A stretch of 64,000 nt of DNA, from assembly GCF_009914755.1 (NCBI RefSeq), contig NC_060932.1; one strand, 5' to 3'. Within the stretch, counting starts at the first letter, position 1. Each line of letters starts with the position of its first letter. Below the pieces are notes generated by a model. The model made no database searches. It saw only the letters and a list, made by a program, of their open reading frames with translations, and was not told where the DNA came from. This document shows, piece after piece, positions 55,789 to 64,000 of this stretch. The translations under genes and the position numbers were made by a program. This DNA comes from the human T2T-CHM13v2.0 reference genome, Homo sapiens.

Positions 55789-56819
55789 TGTTGCGGGAAG
55801 TCAGGGACCCCGAATGGAGGGACCGGCTGGAGCTGCGGCAGAGGAACATAAATTGTGAAGATTTCATGGACATTTATCAGTTCCCAAATAATACTTTTAT
55901 AATTTCTTATGCCTGTCTTTACTTTAATCTCTTAATCCTGTTATCTTTGTAAGCTGAAGATGTACGTCACCTCAGGACCACTGTGATAATTGTGTTAACT
56001 GTACAAATTAATTGTAAAACATGTGTGTTTGAACAATATGATCTCAGTGTACCTTGAAAAAGAACAGAATAACAGCGATTTTTAGGGAACAAGGGAAGAC
56101 AACCATAAGGTCTGACTGCCTGCGGGGTCGGGCAAAAAGAGCCGTATTTTTCTTCTTGCAGACAGCCTATAAATGGACATGCAAGTAGGGAAGGTATCAT
56201 TAAGTTCTTTTCCTAGCAAGGAATATTAATATCCTGGGGAAGGAATGCATTCCTGGGGGAAGGTCTATAAATGGCCGCTCTAGGAATGTCTGTCTTGTGC
56301 AGTTGAGATAAGGACTGAGATACACCCTGGTCTCCTGCAGTACTCCTCAGGCTTACTAGGGTGGGGAAAAACTCTGCCCTGGTTAATTTGTGGTCAGACG
56401 GGTTCTCTGCTCTCGAACCCCATTTTCTGTTGTTTAAGATGTTTATCAAGACAATACGTGCACCACTGAACATAGACCCTTATCAGTGGTTCTGCTTTTT
56501 CCCTTTGTCCTATTCCCTCAGAAGCAGGTGATCTTTGTTAGACCCTTATTAGTAGTTCTGCTTTTTGCCCTTTGAAGCATGTGATTTTGTACCTACTCCC
56601 TATTCTTACAGCCCCTCCCCTTTTGAAACCCTTAATAAAAACTTGCTGGTCTGAGACTCAGGTGGGCATCATGGTCCTACCAATATGTGATGTCACCCCC
56701 AGTGGCCCAGCTGTAAAATTTCTCTCTTTGTGCTGTCTCTCTTTATTTCTCAGCCAGCTGACACTTACGGAAAATAGAAAGAATGTACATTGAAATATTG
56801 GGGGCAGGTTCCCCCAATA
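55789..56819 (+). mobile_element. MER11 (HERV-K11/HML-8) solo LTR inside L1 ORF2
   Basis: tgttgcgggaagtcagggacccc...ggggcaggttcccccaata termini. Perfect 6-bp TSD aagcat at 55783-55788 and 56820-56825. Confidence 0.95.
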
Positions 56820-58443
56820 AAGCATCCAAGTTAGAGAGGATGGAGTAAAATTACCTCCATTTTGAAACATCATCATCATATATGTAGAAAACCCTACAAA
56901 CACAACAATGACAACAACAACAGCAACAACAACACACTGTTAGAACAAATAAGTGAATTTCATAAAGCTGCAGGACACGAAATCAACTTACAAAAATCAG
57001 TCACGTTTCTACCCACAAATGAGCTATCTGAAAAACATTAATAAAAAACTCATTCCTAATAGCAGCAAAAAAATAAAAAATAGTAATAAACTTAAGCAAA
57101 GAGGTGAAAGTCTTATACACTGAAAATTATAAAGGCAATGATGAAGGAAATTAAAGAAAATACAGACCAATAAAAGGGCATCTCATATTCATGAATTGGA
57201 AGAATTTATATTATTAAAATGTTCATACTACCCAAAGTGATGTACAGACTCAATACAATCCTTATCAAAATCCCAATGGCATTCTTCACAGAAATAGAAA
57301 AAATAATCCTAAAATTCATATGGAACCAGAAAAGACCCTAAATAGCCAAAGCAATCCTGAGCAAGAGGAACAAAGCTGAAGACGTCATACTTCCTGATTT
57401 CAAAATACAGTGCTTTAGTAATCAAAACAGCTTGGTACTGGCATAAAAACAAACATATAGACCAATGGAACACAAGACAGGCCTAAAATAAATCCAAGCA
57501 TCTACAGTCAACTGATCTTCCACAAAGGTGCCAAGAATACACAACAGGGAAAGGAGAGTCTCTTCACAAAATGGTGTTGGGACAATTGGATTTGCACATC
57601 AAAAGAATGAAATTGGACCCCATCTCACAACATATACAAAAGTCAACTCAAAGTGGATTAAAGACTTAATGTTGACTTGCAGCTGTAAACCTATTAGAAG
57701 ACAACACAGAAAAAAAGCTTCATGACATTAGTCTAGGCAATGATTTTTGGATATGATGACAAAAACACAGGCAGCAAAAATAAGTGGGATTGAATTAAAC
57801 TTAAAAACAAATCTGCAAAGAAAAGGAAATAATCAACAGTGAAAAGGCAACCACTGGAGAAAATATTTGCAAATCATATATTTGCTAAGTGGTTAATGTC
57901 TAAAATATATAAGGAATACCTACAACTCAATAGCAACAACAAAAACCAAACAAACATAAAACCCCCCAAAACCTGATTTAGAAATGGGCAAAAAACCTGA
58001 CTACGCATTTTTCAAAGATAATAGCAATGATCAACAGGTCTATGAAAAAGTGATCAGGTAAATGCAGATCAAAACCAGAATCAGATATCCCCTCTTACAG
58101 AGGCTATTATCACTAAGATAAATGATAACAAGGGCTGACAAGGATATGGAGAAAAGAGAATCCTGTAAATTACTGGTGGGAATGCAAATTGGTACAGCTA
58201 GTATAGAAAGCAGTATAGAGACTCTTCACAAAATTAAAAGTGGGACTACCATTTGATCCAGAAATACCACTTCTAGGTATACAACCAAAGAAAATAAAAT
58301 CAGTCTCATGAAGAGAAATCTGTGTCCTTATGTTTATTTCAGTGTAGTCACAGTAGCCATGATATGGAAACTACCCAAATAACTGTCAATGAATAAATGA
58401 ATATATGAAATACATATATGTATATGTGTGTGTGTATATACAC

Positions 58444-58615
58444 ATGGCAGTTTTCAGTGTATCCCTAGAGTCCTTCCAGGCAATTACTGCCCCGTGCATT
58501 GCAGTTGGTTGCCAAAGCCCCTCTCTGTCCTGGCACCCAGTATCCCTCCACCCTAACTCTACATTTCACCCCATGCCACTGCCTAAGTGCATCATAGTGT
58601 CCCTGTCTCCCCATT
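58444..58615 (-). repeat. Inverted copy of 59640-59813 inserted in the L1 3' region
   Basis: The reverse complement aligns end to end with 59640-59813, for example ctgggtgccaggacagag and ggggctttggcaacca. Confidence 0.93.
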
Positions 58616-61371
58616 ACACACACACACACACAGACACACAATGAAATATCATTCTGCCTTTAAAAAGAAGGAAATTATGCCATTTCCAACAACATGGATG
58701 AACCTGGAGGACATTATGCTAATTGAAATAAGCCAGACACAGAAAAAAACAAATACTGCATGTTCTCACTTATAAGAGGGACCTAAAAGGGAAAAACTCA
58801 TAGCAGGATAGAGTAGAATGGTGGTTTCCAAGGGCTGGGGATAGCAGGGTGGGGCAAAATGGGGGGATGTTGGTAAAAGGCTACAAAATTTCAGTTATGA
58901 AAGATGAATAAGTTCTGGAGATGTAATAAACAGCAATGTGACTATAGTTAACAGTATTATATATTTGAAATTTGCTCTAAAGGTGGCTAACACACACAAA
59001 AAGAAAATGGTAACTGTGTGAGGTGGTGTATGTGTTAATTAACTTGATTGTGGTGATTATTTCACAATGCATACAAATATAAAAACATCAAGTTGTATAC
59101 CTTAAATATATACAGTTTTAAATTATCAATTTTCCCTCAATAAAGATAGAAAAGCATTGTGTTGCATTATTTATATTTACTGCAAATAGAAAAATTGTGT
59201 CAAAGTCCATCTATGTAAGAATCTAAAATATAAAAAAAACTTGGACAGTAAAATATGTTTTCTTTTATTTCATGGATCTGTTTATTCCATTTATTAGTAA
59301 CAGTGCATTTTTTCACACAATATTCTATTTTACTTAAACTTAATGCATATGTAGTAAGAAAGATTTACTATCCCAACTAGCCTCTCAGTATTTAGATGAG
59401 GATAGAACAGATACGGTGTAACACGCCTCTCCACTGCTTACTGTGTGTACCAAGAAGGCAGAAAGCAGCTCACCCAAGCCTAACCTGGCCCTGTCTTTTT
59501 CAGGCTTCTCAGGATGCCCACAGCACATACTGGGGAACTGGATGCAGGGAGAAGCCAGGTCTGTCTTCAGGAGGTCACAGCCAGCAGGGCACAGTTAGGT
59601 CGTGCCCTGATAAGGGGGTACACAAGGGGAACTCCAGGCAGTGGGGGGATGGGGACACTATGGTGCACTCAGGCAGTGGCAAGGGGGCAATACGTGGAGT
59701 CAGGATGGAGGAACACTGGGTGCCAGGACAGAGGGGGGCTTTGGCAACCATCTGCAATGCATGGGGCAGGGACTATCTGGAAGGACTGCAGGGATACACT
59801 GAAAGCTGTGCCAATGCATTAGCCATGAAACCTAAGAAACTCAGTACATGTTCTCCCTCTGCTCACCAAGAGTTTGCATTTATCTTGTGGTACTTTTTGA
59901 TTTTCAGTCCAATCTACAGTAATTATGGACAGCCCATTGTATGCAGAGGACTAAATGCTATGGCAGACAAAGATGTGGTGGATAAAACCCTTGCCTTCAG
60001 GTGCTTACAATCAGTAACGTTATTTAGCCAAAGCCTCAAACAATAATGCAAATCATATTATATTTCAATATAATATGATTTCCATGTATCTTTCATCTCT
60101 CTAGATCTCCCTCAATGCCTACCAGAAAGGCGTTTCAATGCTCAATAGAATACTCTTATTCTTTTGATGCCATCTTCATTATTTGTTTCAAAGGAAATCC
60201 AGTAGTTTCAATGATTTTTCAGTGTACACCCAGCTTCTTTTTGACATGCAGAATATTTGTATTAACAATTCATAATTATGTAATCTCTCTATTCATTTAA
60301 TGAACCCAAAGGTTTTATGCCAGTTATGTGCTTCGACAGATAGTCTATGTGATAAAACATCTGTAGAAAAGTTAACTGTCTTGCCAAACCCATCATCTAA
60401 TAAGGGACTTCTTGTCTTCCATCTATTTTAATTGCATCTTACACTGATGTTAAATGATATATGTAAGTGAACCTCATCTTCACCCTGAAACACACAATTC
60501 AACATCATTTTTCTGAACTAAGTAGAAAAAATAAGCAATATGTGTGTGCCTCCTTTTTTACTCACTTGAGACAATATAGACATTTAGTTATTCACATATC
60601 ATTGAATTCATTTGGATCTTTGAATACTTGAGCTTCAAATTCCATCTGGCTCTGTAAAAAAAGGTACTCAATTTAGTATAAATTTCCAAAAAAGGTAGAA
60701 CACCACAAAATATTCTGTATGTCTCCTTAGTGTAGAGACAGGATAACTGAGGGTTAGTGGGCATCGAGAACTTCTGGTGTTCAAGCGTTTCACTCACAGA
60801 TCTCATGACTACACTCAAAACACAGTGCTTGGTTATGTGGCCACAAAGATGAGCAAGACCAATTGACCCAACTCTCCAAAAGTCTCCAGCCTGGTGGCAG
60901 AGACTGGCCAGAAACTTGCAAGAATCAGTCAGGGCTGCATGGGCTGTGGTAGGGAAAGGCACATGGTAGACTATGGGAGTCCAGGAGGAACAATCAAGGC
61001 ACAGCCGGGCCTTGGTTGGGAACGAGGCACTCTCTGGAACAGGAAGGCTGTACTGAGAGCCAAGGGTGAGGGGGATGTGGTTCAGTAAGGTAAGAAGCCA
61101 AGAGCATTCAAGGGATTTATTCACAAGGTGGGAGGGTGACCTTGCAATAGCAGATTCAGGGGTAGATAGGAAGAAGTGATAGTAGTTAGATATTAAATCT
61201 GGACAATTCTTTCAAGAAGCTAGGTTTTAAGAAGGAAAGCCATTATATAAGAAACAGAAGTAATAAGTGTGAAATTAAGGTAAGTTCTCTCCTTTTCTTT
61301 CCTTCTTCCTCTCATTCTTTCATTTTGCTTTTCAGATGGGACAGTTTTGAATCTTTTAAAATTCTAATGGG

Positions 61372-61695
<324 letters not shown>

Positions 61696-61825
61696 AAAAT
61701 TCTAATCGGAAGGTTTCACTAGAGAGGGAAGAGATTGAAGATGTGGTATAAAGATAAAGGTAAATGAATGAAATAGCTCCTGAGGAGATGGAGAGATCCA
61801 GAGCTCCCCATCAGGCACTTCTGAG

Positions 61826-62720
61826 ACCCACCCACCCACCTCACCATCCATCCACCTCATCCATTAATCCATCCACCCATCCATCTACCCACCCACCTAC
61901 CTCGCCCATCCACCCACCTCACCCATCCATCCATCCATCCACCCATCCATCTACCCACCCACTCCATCCATCCATCCATCCATCCATCCATCCATCCATC
62001 CATCCACCCACCCACCCCATCCACCCATCCATCCACTCATCCATCCATCTATCTACCCACCCTCCCATTCACTTCATCCATCCATCCATCCATCCATCCA
62101 ACCATCCATCATCTATCTATCCATCCATCCATCCATCCATCCACCCACCTATCCATCCATGTACCTACACAGCCATTCACCTCATCCATCCACCCATCCA
62201 CCCACTCATCATTTCATCTGCCCATCCATCTATTCACCTACCTCACCCATCCATCTGCTCACCTCATCCATCCATCCACTCATCCATCTACCCACCCACC
62301 TACCTCACCCATCAATCCATCTCATCCATCCATTCATCCATCCATCCATCCATCCATCCATCCATCCAATCCATCCATCCACCCATCTATCCATCCATCT
62401 ACCTACCCGCACATTCACCTCACCATCCATCCGTCCATCCACCCACCCACTCATCTTTTTATCTACCCATCCATCTACCCACCCACCCACCTCACCCATC
62501 CACCCACCTCATCCATCCATGCATCCATCCATCCATCCACCCATCCATCTACCCACACACCTACCTACCTCACCCATCCATCTACTCACCTCACCCATCC
62601 ATCCATCCATCTACCCACTTACCCACCCACCTCACCCATCAACCCAGTTCATCATCCATCCATCCATCCATCCATCCATTGTCCATCCATGCATCCACCC
62701 ATCTATCCATGCATCTATCA

Positions 62721-62755
<35 letters not shown>

Positions 62756-63110
62756 CACCCACCCATCCATTCACCCACCCACGCATCCAACCATCCATAT
62801 AACCAATCACCCACTTCACCTATCCACCCACCTCATCCATCCACTCATCCATCCATCCATCCATCCATCCATCCATCCATCCATTCATCCATCCACACAC
62901 CCATCCATCCATCTACCCACTCACCTCAACTATCCATTCATCCATTCACCCATTCACCCATCCATCTACCCACCCACACACCCACATCACCCATCCATCC
63001 TTCCATCCATCCATCCATCCACCCACCCACCCACCCATCCACCTCACCCATTCATCTATCCACTCATCCATCCATCCATCCATCCATCCATCCATCCATC
63101 CATCCATCTC
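61826..63110. repeat. Complex (CCAT)n/(CCAC)n tetranucleotide tract with a (TCTA)n block at ~62720-62753
   Basis: About 1.3 kb, almost G-free on the + strand. Confidence 0.98.
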
Positions 63111-63950
63111 TCATTACTAGACACACACCATGTGCTACACACAGGGTATGGGGAAACACAGTGAAACAAAGACTAAGTTCCTGGCCTCAGTGAGCTGACA
63201 TGTACAAGGCGAGACAGATATACCTAGGTAATAAAAAGAGCTGCTAAGTAAAAGAAAGAAAGAAGGGCTGGGGGATGAACAGGGAAGATTGTTAAGATGG
63301 TCAAGACAGGGCTCTGTGAGGAAGTGGCATTGCAGCAGAGACTGGATGAAGTGAGAAAATGAGGCCCAGGAGGGTCTGGGGAAAGGGCTTCTGGACAGAG
63401 GCAGCAGCAAGTGCACAGGCATGGAGGAGGCACATGAGCCAGAGGCTGTGGCTCCAGCAGCAAGAGAGAAGGGAGATGATAGGACATGTGGGTGGAGAGA
63501 GGGAAATGGCCCACTGGGTCCACTTCAGAACCCTCTGGGGGGTTTTGAGCATGGGAGGGGCCTGGCAGCATTTGCATTTTAAACATACTGGACATTGTTG
63601 AGAAAAGTCAGTAGGGGATGACAGTGGAAGCCAGAAAGCTAACAATCTAGGCTAGGTAACATATAACAGTGGCTTAACTTAGAGTGGTGGCAAACAGATG
63701 TGAGGAGAAGAGGCTATATTCAAGGACATATTTTGGAGGTGTAGCTAACAGTGTTAAAAGAGAGAAATTAAAGATGGCCCCTAGGTTTTGACTGAACAAC
63801 TGGGCGTATGTGGTTGCCACTTATTGAGATAGGGAAGACTGGGGGATGGGTGAGTTTTGGGGAAAAGTCAAAAATGTGTTGAGGAGATCTAAGTGGACAT
63901 GTTGAGTAGGCGGCAGGAGACACATGCTAGGGCTGGGAAGAGTGATACTG
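63110..63950 (-). mobile_element. L2 (L2a-like) 3' region
   Basis: caccatgtgcta...cagtgaaacaaagac...cctggcctcagtgagctgac...ctctgtgaggaagtggcatt...cagcagcaagtgcacaggc. Confidence 0.85.
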
Positions 63951-64000
63951 TTTCTATATCACATCACACTGCCTGCCTCAATCTTCCAGGGATGCCTCAT

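Noticed and set aside
59396-60046. 216-aa ATG ORF
   Set aside because: No recognisable domain or exon structure. It crosses degenerate repeat-like DNA.
61764-63193. 466-aa and 344-aa His/Pro/Ser/Ile-rich ORFs
   Set aside because: They are translations of the (CCAT)n tract, which cannot readily encode stop codons.

Overview
This is primate genomic DNA, human-like: it carries AluJ/AluS, THE1/MST, MER11 and LTR12 elements. It is almost entirely non-coding, and none of the supplied ORFs is a credible gene. The long ORFs come from Alus, LTRs, GC-rich DNA or a (CCAT)n tract. The first ~34 kb looks like a long intron ending in a candidate + strand terminal exon (33859-~34363) with an ATTAAA signal and a downstream GT-rich element. 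I cannot name the gene. The rest looks intergenic. It holds a minisatellite, a near full-length ancient L1 with nested Alu, LTR12 and MER11 insertions, and a 1.3-kb (CCAT)n tract attached to an L2 tail. The most unusual structure is an apparently old local duplication (~39.9-41.6 kb versus ~44.7-48.5 kb). Its flanking block is about 70% identical, but a CpG-rich, dyad-rich ~390-bp core is about 97% identical, which suggests gene conversion or selection on a twin element. A second oddity is a ~170-bp inverted copy of nearby DNA inserted into the L1 3' region. Repeat subfamily names are recalled from consensus sequences, and identities were estimated by eye.
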